From Promethearchaeota archaeon (GTDB lineage: Archaea > Asgardarchaeota > Thorarchaeia > Thorarchaeales > Thorarchaeaceae), in NCBI GenBank assembly GCA_027031765.1, contig JALVPN010000211.1, forward strand, positions 30,184-60,991: DNA of 30,808 bases, written 5' to 3'. The position numbers were made by a program, and so were the translations under genes. The notes under the pieces are model-generated. The model did no database searches. It was not told where the DNA came from and saw only the letters and a program-made list of their open reading frames with translations. Below are positions 1 through 8,874 of this stretch, one piece after another. Position 1 is the first letter of the stretch, and each line of letters begins with the position of its first letter.

Positions 1-1181
1 ATGATGTTCTGTATGGTGGGCCCTAGGAACGCCGCCAGCACCATCATCAGTGGTAGGCCGGGTATGACGAGCAGGAAGTCGACTATACGCATCAGGGCCT
101 CGTCGACCCTGCCACCAAAGTACCCTGCCACCAGGCCGACGGTCACACCAACAAAGGTGGAGAGTGCAGTAGCAAGTATACCGATTGTGAGGGAAATCCT
201 AGTGCCGTAGACTAGTTGGCTCCATGCATCGGCCCCCTTGTCCGTCGTCCCCAGCAGGCCAAAGTAATCACCGTATGCCACGAGGCTGATCCGTGAGACC
301 TGGACTGTGACACTACCAGTGTAGTTCATCCAAGGATGGTCATACGGGTTGCGCGGACTGCGGCTCTCTCTGAACAGGTTCGTGGGTGCAAGGCCCACAG
401 CGATACGGAGGACATCCTGGGGGTCTTCCTGTGTGGCGTTCGGGCCCTCGACCATGCCGCCCCAGCCTGCTAGGATGTCGAACCAGCTGAGGTCGATACG
501 ACGGTTTTGAATACCTGCCTGGTATGGTGGTACTGAGTCGTAGACCTTGAGCCAGTTACCAGAGGAGTCTATCAACCAAATGTAGACCTTGAACATCCGG
601 CCCCCGTATGCCTCTGAGAGGAAGTGTCCGGTACGGGTGACACCGTACTCTATTGTGATGTTCACGTCGCTTGGCAGGTTCTCGTAGACCCAGTCGAAGT
701 CAATGTAGAAGTAGATGGAGTCATTGCACTCGGGGTGGTTCCCTTCAGGGTCAGGCGTCGCAGGCCAGTCGAGCTCCTGTCCGGCCTGATGGGTCCAGGT
801 CAGGTTGACATAGCCGTCAGAGGGCGTCGTGCCAGTGTGGTGGACGAAGGAGAACCTGTCAGGATGACTCCCCACGACATGGTAGGCGGGCTCCTCCAAC
901 AGGTACTGGTTCTCAATCTGTTCGCTCGTAACAACACCGTGTGGGTCAAAGACCTGCATCCAGGCGGGCGCGAGGAACGATGGCGCCACCTTGTTCGAGG
1001 GGGATGGGTCATACTGTACAAGGAGTGGGGCCGCAATGGCCATCACTGTGAACAGCCCCAGGATTGTCAGCCCGAACACACCAATCTTGTGACGGCGGTA
1101 CTCCGACCAGAACTCCGTCATCGCAACATACCAGCCAGAGTCTCGCCAGTCGTGTTTCTTGTCGGTCGAGAGCCGTACCAA
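1..1181 (-). CDS. dppC: Peptide/oligopeptide ABC permease (DppC/OppC type) with a large extracytoplasmic insertion. The 3' end runs off the window. Paralog of 5839..7446.
   Basis: Absent from the ORF track because it has no stop in the window. Manual translation gives an open frame from a TTG at 1181 (GAGGTG just upstream): ...DWRDSGWYVAMTEFWSEYRRHKIG...LLGTTDKGADAWSQLVYGTRISLTIG...DEALMRIVDFLLVIPGLPLMMVLAAFLGPTIQNI. It is colinear with 5839..7446. Confidence 0.92.
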   Translation of the reverse strand, partial: MVRLSTDKKHDWRDSGWYVAMTEFWSEYRRHKIGVFGLTILGLFTVMAIAAPLLVQYDPSPSNKVAPSFLAPAWMQVFDPHGVVTSEQIENQYLLEEPAYHVVGSHPDRFSFVHHTGTTPSDGYVNLTWTHQAGQELDWPATPDPEGNHPECNDSIYFYIDFDWVYENLPSDVNITIEYGVTRTGHFLSEAYGGRMFKVYIWLIDSSGNWLKVYDSVPPYQAGIQNRRIDLSWFDILAGWGGMVEGPNATQEDPQDVLRIAVGLAPTNLFRESRSPRNPYDHPWMNYTGSVTVQVSRISLVAYGDYFGLLGTTDKGADAWSQLVYGTRISLTIGILATALSTFVGVTVGLVAGYFGGRVDEALMRIVDFLLVIPGLPLMMVLAAFLGPTIQNI

Positions 1182-1458
1182 CTCGATGCACCTCAGACAG
1201 GGGCACTATACACCGGACTGTGTAGTGTGGTAAACTGGTGGTCGCCCGGTAGCGACCGCATGCTGCGGCACGCGGGATATCGGGCTTATCAAGATTGTGA
1301 AACGTGTATTGGTGCAAGTCTTGGAGCGTGTGCGGCCCCGGTCGGGCCAACATGGAGGGCCGTAGCATGCGGTGCGTTGTGAAAAGGCAATCTGAAGAGG
1401 GACTGGCCACTGCCATCACCAGCGACCTGTTGTCATGTTGCCTGTTGGTACAACGACA

Positions 1459-1758
1459 CTATCTCGGCCCTTGTCGGTGTCCCCTCAATGCAACAGGCGT
1501 CAATGGAAATGCCCGGCACAGGGATGCCGCGCCTCTGTAGCTTCCACCGACTGACAATCCCATCTGCCCCAAGTCCACAACCCGCACGGGACAGCAGAGC
1601 ACCTGGGAGGCCGCCCGGACAGAGAACAGGAGGGCCATCACGTCGGGAGGGAGATAACGGTCTTCCAGAGCGCTCAGGTCAGCAAAGGGCACACCAGCAC
1701 CGCGATAATCACACTGGTGGAGTCCACGCCAGTCTGCGGCACCCAGCGTGACCGGCAT
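1459..1758 (-). CDS. Possible small hypothetical protein (99 aa)
   Basis: ATG at 1758 is preceded by GAGGT and the ORF fills a gap between same-strand genes. No family recognised; may be spurious. Confidence 0.3.
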   Translation of the reverse strand: MPVTLGAADWRGLHQCDYRGAGVPFADLSALEDRYLPPDVMALLFSVRAASQVLCCPVRVVDLGQMGLSVGGSYRGAASLCRAFPLTPVALRGHRQGPR

Positions 1759-2100
1759 TGACCTCAAATACACTACAATCTCTGGGCCCTTCAGCTGTGC
1801 GACACCACCTTGCACCTTGACTCGCAATGGGAGACAGAGTCCCAGACAATAACAGGGAACATCCTATGATTAGATTGCTGTCCTACGCAATGGGTCTCAA
1901 AAAAGACACAACTAGGTCTCGTGGTGGCACTTGGAACAGGTGATACCTACCAGGACAGCCGCTCACTGGGACGGCACAGGGGGCCGACGGTCACGGCACC
2001 CATCCGGAGGGGACCTGCAGGGCGGTGGCATCAAGATGTGTCCGCAGAGATGGTGGCCCACCGGTGGCTGTGGGCACCATGTCTGATACAATGTATACGG

Positions 2101-4074
2101 TCAGGCGCGGGGCCGACGTATGTGGCGACCCCACACCAACACGATGACAACGAGGCCCACACCGGCGCCCCCGGCCATCAAGGCTACTGCTGGGCTCACA
2201 ATGGCGGACGCGGCACCAGGGCTAGGCGCGCCACTGGTCGTGGTAGTGCTGTGGTCGGTCGTGGATGTGGTGCTAGCGGTCGTGGTCGTCGGTGTCAAAC
2301 TTGGCGAACCCGCGGTGGTCGTTGTGCATGTGTATGTGTTCGAATACGTGTATCCAGCCTGATCTGTTTCGGGTGTGGTCGAGTATGCTGTCAGCACGAT
2401 AGCGGTGTACCCGGGCACGACGAGCCCATAGTACATGGCAGTCCCAACAATCTCCGACCTCATCGACGGCGTCTCGCCGTCCACCTGGGCCATGCGCACC
2501 AGTTCGGAGATGTGCTGTTGGGCCCACATGTACTCGACATGTTGCCCCGAGGCCACGGGACTGGAGGAGTTGACCGAGTAGACCTCGACACCCGTTGCAT
2601 ACTCGAGCACTGTGGTAATGTTCACATAGGAGCTATAACGCCCGCTGACCACTATCTCACTCCCGTTGAAAAAGGGTGTACTGTCAAGAGGACGCAGCGA
2701 GACGACCTCGGAGGCACCATCAACTTCGATGCTGTAGGAGCGGAGGAAAGGAGTGGCCCAGGACCTGTAGAAGTTGACGAGCTCGGTGGCAGCATCGTCC
2801 GTGGGCTCGACCAATGCAAAGTACCCACCGTTCTGCATGGCCAGACCGGTCATCAGTCGCATGTCGGCCCCGCTGCCAAAGGCCACCGTTGAAACCGACA
2901 CGCCGAGTTTGTTTGCAGAGCGGACGGCATCCATTATCTCATCGGCATCTGTGGTCTCTCCGACTGTCGGGAGGCCATCTGACAGCACGAACATGACCTT
3001 GACAGAATCATCAGCCGTGAACATGTCGATTGATGTCATGCACCCACCATAGAAGTTCGTGCTGTCATGGGCAACGAGGTCGTCAATCCACGACTCAGCT
3101 TCGGCCACATTGGACACCGTTGCCGTACGTGGGGTGCTCCATACGCTATAGACGAACCGGGCGAACGATACCACATTGAACGTGTCGGACTCGCGGAGGT
3201 CATGCACCATCACCTTCAGTGCTGTCTTTGCCTGGTCAATCTTGACACCCCCCATGGAACCGGAAACATCGATTACGAATATGTACTGACGTGGTAGGCG
3301 TTCAGAGACATCTACTATTGTCGGGGCAAGGAGATACGCAAAGAAGCGCTGGCTGCCATTGTCATACGTCAGGAGCCGGGCGCCAGACTCGTGTCGGTCA
3401 AGCACGTACGTGAGAGAGAGCTGGGACGGGACAACTGTGTAGTCCTCGTGATACCCGAACTGGAAACCGTCCTGTACTGCGGTCACGTCCATCACATCGA
3501 CGCCCGCCACGCTGTACCCACGTATCTCCCCCAAGTGGGAGACCACAGTGAGATTGACACCGAGTGTGGCTGAGAACGTCTCACCAAACCTGAGGGGCAT
3601 GTCAAGGGTGTATACACCGAGTGTACGTGTCAGCAGGCCCTCCACGAACACCGAGAGGTACGCCGAGGTGCCGTTCTCGACATTCACACGCAGCACATAG
3701 CTCTCGCCCGTTCGTATGACAAGGACGCCGGTCTTGTTCTGAGCAACTGTCTCGTTGTACTCCTCCACTGCTGAGGACTCCGGACAAAGACGACCCCAGT
3801 ATGTCACACCACCAGTGACCACCGACACGTTACTCAGACGCAGGCCGCCCTCCAAGGGCAGTGTCCAGAGCAGCTCCCTCGCCACTGATGAGGCCGTGTT
3901 GTTGAGCACGAGGCAATAAGTCAGGTTGGCATAGTTGTCGGTCACAGACCCATGCACCTCTATGCTGCTGGGCAGCAGCTCGGAGGTCTGGGCCATCACA
4001 GTGGGGGCCCAAGACATAGGGAAGTGGACAACCAGGACACACAGGACCACTATAATCAGCACACGACGGTTCAT
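2101..4074 (-). CDS. Secreted, membrane-anchored VIT + vWA protein (inter-alpha-trypsin inhibitor heavy-chain-like architecture)
   Basis: Signal peptide MNRRVLIIVVLCVLVV; VIT-like region (IEVHGSVTDNYANLTYCLVLNN); vWA with intact MIDAS (FVIDVSGSM...STNF...LSDG); Thr-rich linker; C-terminal TM helix plus basic tail (WGRHIRRPRA); many N-x-S/T sequons. Start taken as the ATG at 4074 (ORF track starts at 4086). Confidence 0.9.
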   Translation of the reverse strand: MNRRVLIIVVLCVLVVHFPMSWAPTVMAQTSELLPSSIEVHGSVTDNYANLTYCLVLNNTASSVARELLWTLPLEGGLRLSNVSVVTGGVTYWGRLCPESSAVEEYNETVAQNKTGVLVIRTGESYVLRVNVENGTSAYLSVFVEGLLTRTLGVYTLDMPLRFGETFSATLGVNLTVVSHLGEIRGYSVAGVDVMDVTAVQDGFQFGYHEDYTVVPSQLSLTYVLDRHESGARLLTYDNGSQRFFAYLLAPTIVDVSERLPRQYIFVIDVSGSMGGVKIDQAKTALKVMVHDLRESDTFNVVSFARFVYSVWSTPRTATVSNVAEAESWIDDLVAHDSTNFYGGCMTSIDMFTADDSVKVMFVLSDGLPTVGETTDADEIMDAVRSANKLGVSVSTVAFGSGADMRLMTGLAMQNGGYFALVEPTDDAATELVNFYRSWATPFLRSYSIEVDGASEVVSLRPLDSTPFFNGSEIVVSGRYSSYVNITTVLEYATGVEVYSVNSSSPVASGQHVEYMWAQQHISELVRMAQVDGETPSMRSEIVGTAMYYGLVVPGYTAIVLTAYSTTPETDQAGYTYSNTYTCTTTTAGSPSLTPTTTTASTTSTTDHSTTTTSGAPSPGAASAIVSPAVALMAGGAGVGLVVIVLVWGRHIRRPRA

Positions 4075-4098
4075 GCCGGTACACATGCTACACAGCAG

Positions 4099-4128
4099 TA
4101 TTAATCATCCTGTGTCCATGTGGACACA
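4099..4128 (-). promoter_or_regulatory. TATA-like box (ATTAATA) plus a perfect inverted repeat TGTGTCC-N4-GGACACA upstream of the VIT-vWA gene
   Basis: TATA-like element about 25 nt upstream of the start. The 7-bp IR at 4111-4128 is immediately upstream of it and looks like an operator. Confidence 0.4.
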
Positions 4129-4384
4129 TCATCAGCTTATGGACGTCCTGCCAATCAAGCAGTTGTGTACAGCACCGTACAAGGTGTCCCAGACTGGAGT
4201 GGGGTGCGCGGCCATACCAGGGCGAGAGGAGGTGGCCCGGCAGTTGTAGACCAGAGGGTAGGCATGGGGACGGTCAGTCGAGGGGAGCGGAGGGAGGGGG
4301 AGAGTGAGAGAGAGAATGAGGGGCTTGAACCCACCAGACATGGGGCGCATAAGAAGTGTGGTCACTACGGACAGTCGGGAGCAG

Positions 4385-4433
4385 AGGAAGAGTAGAGAAA
4401 AAGTAGTGGGTGGGCAAGACCGGACGTCTTGCC
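4385..4433 (-). terminator. Hairpin plus pyrimidine/T tract after dppB
   Basis: Stem GGCAAGAC-N5-GTCTTGCC (4413-4433) 11 nt after the stop, then CACCCACTACTTTTTCTCTACTC on the minus strand. Confidence 0.65.
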
Positions 4434-4444
4434 ACCTCTTGTGT

Positions 4445-5494
4445 CTAACCGTACTTGATCCGTGGGTCCAGTACGCCGTAGAGCAGGTCTGCAACAAAGT
4501 TAGCGAGGATAGCTGTTATGGCGACAATCATGAAGATTGCCTGCACGACCGGATAGTCCAGCTGGAACAGGCTGTCGAAGATGAACCTGCCGAGGCCATA
4601 CCAGTTGAACACCGTTTCGGTCAGTGTCGCGCCGTTTATCAGGAAGCCGAAGGTCATCGCAATGATTGTCACCATTGGCAGGAGAGCGTTCTTCAGACCA
4701 TGCTTGTACAGCACCTGGTTCTCGTCCAGACCCTTGGCCCGGGCGGTGAGGATGTAGTCCTCTGTCATGACGTCAATCAGGTTGTTCCTCATGTAGAGGA
4801 AGTACCCACCATAGCCACCGACACCGAGGGTAATCATGGGCAGGAACAGGTGGTGGAGGATGTTTGCCGCCAGGATCAGCCCTCCGAATGGGGTCTCCTT
4901 TGCGACACCCCACAGGCGGTAGTCCACAGTCCTCCCTAGCGGGAAGCCAATGAGGCCATTTGTGGCAGTCGGGAGCCAGAACGAGAAAATCATCAGCAGG
5001 AGCATCCCGAGCCAGAAGATGGGTAGTGCATAGATGAAGAGGGCCACAGTCACAGCTGTCACGTCTTTCCTGGAGCCGGGCTCTGCTGCGACCTTGACGC
5101 CTGTCCAGATGCCGAGGATTATTGACACCACTGAGGAGGTGCCCATGAGGAGGAGGGTGTTCGGCAGGCGGGCCATGATCTCGTCCATGACAGGGGTCTT
5201 GCTCACGAACGACCGGCCAAAGTTGCCGGTGAACATGTTTACGATGTAGCGCCAGAACATGTAAATCCAGTCAAAGATGTCCGGGTCAGGGACAAGACCG
5301 AACTGCAGGTATATCTCCTCCAGCGCGTCCTGCGTCAGGTTACGTCGTAGCTCCTCGTTGATCATCAGGTCCACAGGACTGATGCCCAACACGAGGGAGG
5401 GCAGCCGGAAGAGGAAGAAGTTGAAGCATACTACAGTGATGACGAGGAGTATCATGTAGATGCCACGTCGGATGACGTACTCGCGTAGTCCCAA
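4445..5494 (-). CDS. dppB: Peptide ABC transporter permease DppB/OppB
   Basis: MGLREYVIRR N-terminus; EAA motif (EDYILTARAKGL); ends in the canonical DLLYGVLDPRIKY. TTG start with GGAG upstream. Confidence 0.96.
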   Translation of the reverse strand: MGLREYVIRRGIYMILLVITVVCFNFFLFRLPSLVLGISPVDLMINEELRRNLTQDALEEIYLQFGLVPDPDIFDWIYMFWRYIVNMFTGNFGRSFVSKTPVMDEIMARLPNTLLLMGTSSVVSIILGIWTGVKVAAEPGSRKDVTAVTVALFIYALPIFWLGMLLLMIFSFWLPTATNGLIGFPLGRTVDYRLWGVAKETPFGGLILAANILHHLFLPMITLGVGGYGGYFLYMRNNLIDVMTEDYILTARAKGLDENQVLYKHGLKNALLPMVTIIAMTFGFLINGATLTETVFNWYGLGRFIFDSLFQLDYPVVQAIFMIVAITAILANFVADLLYGVLDPRIKYG

Positions 5495-5777
5495 TAGTCA
5501 TCGCTCCTGGTCGACTAGTCTTCAGTACCTAGCGTCACTAAGTACTGTGAGCCAAGCTAGTCTGTCATGTCCCCCCTAATAAGAGTGATGCTCTCGGAGG
5601 GCAAGAGGGACACCGCTGCCCACAAGTCTGCACAAATCGACCATGGACTCCCAGTGGCCATAGGAGCCACCCCTGTGGTCGAGGGAACACGGACTGTCCG
5701 GGAGTTCCGCAGAGCATGACCGCATGACGCATGCCACGGGCACGACAACACATGGTGTATACTGAGAGAAACGTCAC

Positions 5778-5822
5778 CAGAGAATAGTAAGAAAGAGGAG
5801 GGGGCAGGCCACAGGGGCCTGC
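5778..5822 (-). terminator. Hairpin plus pyrimidine tract after dppC
   Basis: Stem GCAGGCC-N5-GGCCTGC (5804-5822) 16 nt after the stop, then CCCCTCCTCTTTCTTACTATTCTCT on the minus strand. Confidence 0.6.
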
Positions 5823-5838
5823 AACCAACAGAGAGGAG

Positions 5839-7446
5839 CTACCGCTCTCTGAGCCTCGGGTTCAGCACCTGGTCCATTGTGTGTCCGACAAACGTGAACG
5901 ACAGGGACAGCAACGTGATCATCATGCCTGGGAACACGACAACCCACCAAGCACCATTGCTGAAGCCCCCTGCGGACTGCGCGTCAGCGAGCATGCGGCC
6001 CCAGCTCGGCTGGCTCGGGTCTGTGAGGCCCAGGAAGGCGAGCCCGGACTCCGAGAGGATTGCGGCGACGACGCCGAGGGTGATGTTCGCGAACAGGATT
6101 GGAGTCACGTTCGGCAGGATGTGCCTGAAGATGATGTAGGTGTCAGAAGCGCCGATGGCACGGGCGGACTCCACATAGGCCTTGTTCTTCTCGGCCATCA
6201 CCTGCGAGCGTATCAGCCGTGACGTGCCGGTCCAGCCCAGGATGGCAATGACCACTATGATGTTCTGTATGGTGGGCCCTAGGAACGCCGCCAGCACCAT
6301 CATCAGTGGTAGGCCGGGTATGACGAGCAGGAAGTCGACTATACGCATCAGGGCCTCGTCAATCTTGCCACCAAAGTACCCTGCCACCAGGCCGACAATG
6401 ACGCCGACAGCTGTGGAGAGTGCAGTGGCAAGTATGCCGATTGTGAGGGAGATGCGCGAGCCGTAGATGAGCTGTGCCCATGCGTCACCACCCTTGTCGG
6501 TAGTGCCGAGGAGGCCATAGTAGGGCCCGTATGCAATCATGCTCACGGTCTCAATCTGCACAGTGACGGAGCCTGTGTAGTTCATCCACGGGTGGAGGTA
6601 GGGGTTCCGTGGACTGCGCCGCTGTCTGAAGAGGTCAGTCGGTGTGAGGCCCATTGCGACAGTGAGTATGTCTTTCGGGTCCTCCTGAGTGCCATTGGCC
6701 TCCATCATGCCCAACCAGCCGGCCTTGATATCGAACCAGCTGAGGTCGATACGGCGGTTCTGGACACCTGGCTGGTATGGTGGCTCGGAGTCGTATATCT
6801 TCTGCCAGTTTCCGGAGGAGTCGATGAGCCAGATACAGAACTTGAACATCCGTCCTCCGAGGGGCTCGTTGTAGAAGTCTCCCGCGAGCGTGACACCGAT
6901 GTCCAGGCTCATGTTGACATCGCTGGGCATTGTGTCATAGTCCCAGTGGATGACCTGAGTGAACATAATGAAGTCGTTGGCATCCGGTTTGTTGGGGTCG
7001 AGTTGTGATGGGTACTTCCACCAGATCTGGTCACCAGCATGGTGCGTCCATGTCAGGTTGACATGCCCATCACCGTATGCATAACTGAAATTGGGAGATG
7101 TGCCGTTGATGTAGACAGTGTTTGGGACTGGATCGTCACCCACCTGCTCCGTGTTGTTGGGGTTCACGTTCAGGTGGGGGTCAGGCATATACTCATTGGT
7201 GACCACACCCTCAGGGTCAAAGACCTGCATCCACGCAGGTGCGAGAAACTGTGGGGCCACCTTGTTCGTGGGGGAGGGGTCTGCAAGTGCGAAGATTGGT
7301 GCACCTATTGCCATCACCACAAACAAGGAGAGCACCGTCAGGCCAATAACCCCAGACCGGTGTTTCCTGTATTCACCCCAGAAACCACTGAGGCCCACGT
7401 ACCAGCTGCTGTCCTTCCAGCTGCCCTTCTCAACATAGTCGGACAT
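5839..7446 (-). CDS. dppC: Peptide ABC transporter permease DppC/OppC with an insertion of about 240 aa
   Basis: LLGTTDKGGDAWAQLIYGSRISL; EAA motif (AYVESARAIGAS); C-terminus ...DQVLNPRLRER. GGAGG RBS before the ATG. Confidence 0.96.
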   Translation of the reverse strand: MSDYVEKGSWKDSSWYVGLSGFWGEYRKHRSGVIGLTVLSLFVVMAIGAPIFALADPSPTNKVAPQFLAPAWMQVFDPEGVVTNEYMPDPHLNVNPNNTEQVGDDPVPNTVYINGTSPNFSYAYGDGHVNLTWTHHAGDQIWWKYPSQLDPNKPDANDFIMFTQVIHWDYDTMPSDVNMSLDIGVTLAGDFYNEPLGGRMFKFCIWLIDSSGNWQKIYDSEPPYQPGVQNRRIDLSWFDIKAGWLGMMEANGTQEDPKDILTVAMGLTPTDLFRQRRSPRNPYLHPWMNYTGSVTVQIETVSMIAYGPYYGLLGTTDKGGDAWAQLIYGSRISLTIGILATALSTAVGVIVGLVAGYFGGKIDEALMRIVDFLLVIPGLPLMMVLAAFLGPTIQNIIVVIAILGWTGTSRLIRSQVMAEKNKAYVESARAIGASDTYIIFRHILPNVTPILFANITLGVVAAILSESGLAFLGLTDPSQPSWGRMLADAQSAGGFSNGAWWVVVFPGMMITLLSLSFTFVGHTMDQVLNPRLRER

Positions 7447-7969
7447 TGTCTATCCTCCATCTGGAGACCGACAGCGCCTCAGAGCCGTCCTCTCAGGGAA
7501 GGATACCACCACACTCTGATGGCCATCGCTCCGTCAGACAGTTTCATCCAGAGAAGAGTCGAGAAAGTTCCACTAAAAAACCGTTTGGTCTGCGTTGGCA
7601 CTGCCCGGCCATACCACGTCGAGAATCGGGTCTTCACTGCACGGACAGGCCCACCGCGATGGGAGGGTCGGCGGGTTGGGATCACTGTGCCACACTGACA
7701 GTTATGCTGGGCAGCCTTCTCCACTGAAGACCCCTCCAGAGTTGTCATGGCCGTTCCAGGGGGATGGTGTCCTACACGGTCGCCCCAATTATTACAGTGC
7801 CTCTTCCGACCTCATTCCTGCACGAGGACCAGCCACACATTGCCATGACCGGGTCTGACAGTGAAGGCCGGTTGTCCAGAAGCGGTCAGTGACTCATCTG
7901 TCCTCGACGGAAAACGGCCCCGGCATGCGTGGGCAGCAAATAGGCTGCAGAGCAGGACGCGCCTTGCCA

Positions 7970-8284
7970 TCACTCGTCTGATGGTCGCTCTCCTACTGCA
8001 TCCTCAAAGGGGTCGGTCTCGACACCCTCAGCGGATAGGACAGCACCAACATCCCGTTCGCGGGCGAGCGACCTTGTCCGACGCGACGCGGCCCATAGGT
8101 CAGCCACGACCATCCCGACCAAGAAGACGCTGAGCACCCCTGTGAGGGCAATGATACTCCCGATTAGCCGCAGGGCCGGGTGCAACATAGTAAGGCCCAT
8201 CCCACCAAAGATCAGGACTACTGGGATGAGCAGGAGGCGTTTCTTTGGCTCCTCGCGTGTTGGGGGGAAGGCTCGGACGGTCAT
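7970..8284 (-). CDS. Small membrane protein with two TM helices and an acidic C-terminal tail
   Basis: Two hydrophobic stretches (LLLIPVVLIFGGMGLTML; LIGSIIALTGVLSVFLVGMVV) and plausible composition. Start taken as the ATG at 8284 (ORF track starts at 8311). Confidence 0.65.
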   Translation of the reverse strand: MTVRAFPPTREEPKKRLLLIPVVLIFGGMGLTMLHPALRLIGSIIALTGVLSVFLVGMVVADLWAASRRTRSLARERDVGAVLSAEGVETDPFEDAVGERPSDE

Positions 8285-8432
8285 CAGTATCTCACCCGTC
8301 AGACCATGCAATACCTTTTACGGTTTCCGCCTGCCCGGACTGACTTGCAACGTCACTTGCTGTCGCTTACACTGGCGGCAAAGTCCTCGACGGCAGGGAG
8401 CAACAACATCCGGAGTCGTAATGTGCCCGATA

Positions 8433-8460
8433 GGATGGATGGACGGACGGATGGATGGAT
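8433..8460 (+). repeat. Tetranucleotide microsatellite (GGAY)7
   Basis: GGAT GGAT GGAC GGAC GGAT GGAT GGAT read directly. Confidence 0.85.
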
Positions 8461-8844
8461 GCTCCCAGACGCCTAGTGACATCAGTCCGTCAACTCGTCG
8501 GGATGGGTGTTGATGATGGGGGAGACAGTTGTCCGGAGGAGCAGTCAAGTAATGGTTCACAATGACACCCCCGTTCCGTGCGCTGGGGCTAGACGGGCCG
8601 TTGGCAGGCCCACCACATACAGTAGAAGTGCACAGTACAACGGATCATCGTAGCAACGGAAAGGACAGCAGGTGTTCCCCCATTCCTGAAACCCGTACGA
8701 GAACTCAGAGACCGTTTCTCAAGGACTGATGACTCTCAACTCCGACCCTTGTTGACATGTACAAGGGGTTCCAGGACCCACTCACGAAGTCCGTGTCGTG
8801 AACACGGAACGCCTATCAACAGACCGTTGGAGGACTGAGCAGTG

Positions 8845-8851
8845 AATATAT
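8845..8851 (+). promoter_or_regulatory. TATA-like box (AATATAT) for the radical SAM gene
   Basis: About 24 nt upstream of the GTG at 8875, which fits a leaderless archaeal transcript. Confidence 0.4.
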
Positions 8852-8874
8852 CGGGATGTGTCGAGTAAGATGGG

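Noticed and set aside
624-1382. 252-aa plus-strand ORF
   Set aside because: Antisense shadow of the dppC paralog, with no family features.
1921-2892. 323-aa plus-strand ORF
   Set aside because: Antisense to the VIT-vWA gene; low-complexity Arg/Gly composition typical of GC-rich shadow frames.
4120-4497. Short ORFs in the gap between dppB and VIT-vWA
   Set aside because: They overlap the terminator and purine/pyrimidine tracts and have no RBS or family signal.
8745-8807. Hairpins CCCTTGT-N8-ACAAGGG and CCGTGT-N5-ACACGG upstream of the radical SAM gene, considered as a possible ncRNA or riboswitch
   Set aside because: No recognisable RNA family motif; short stems are expected by chance.
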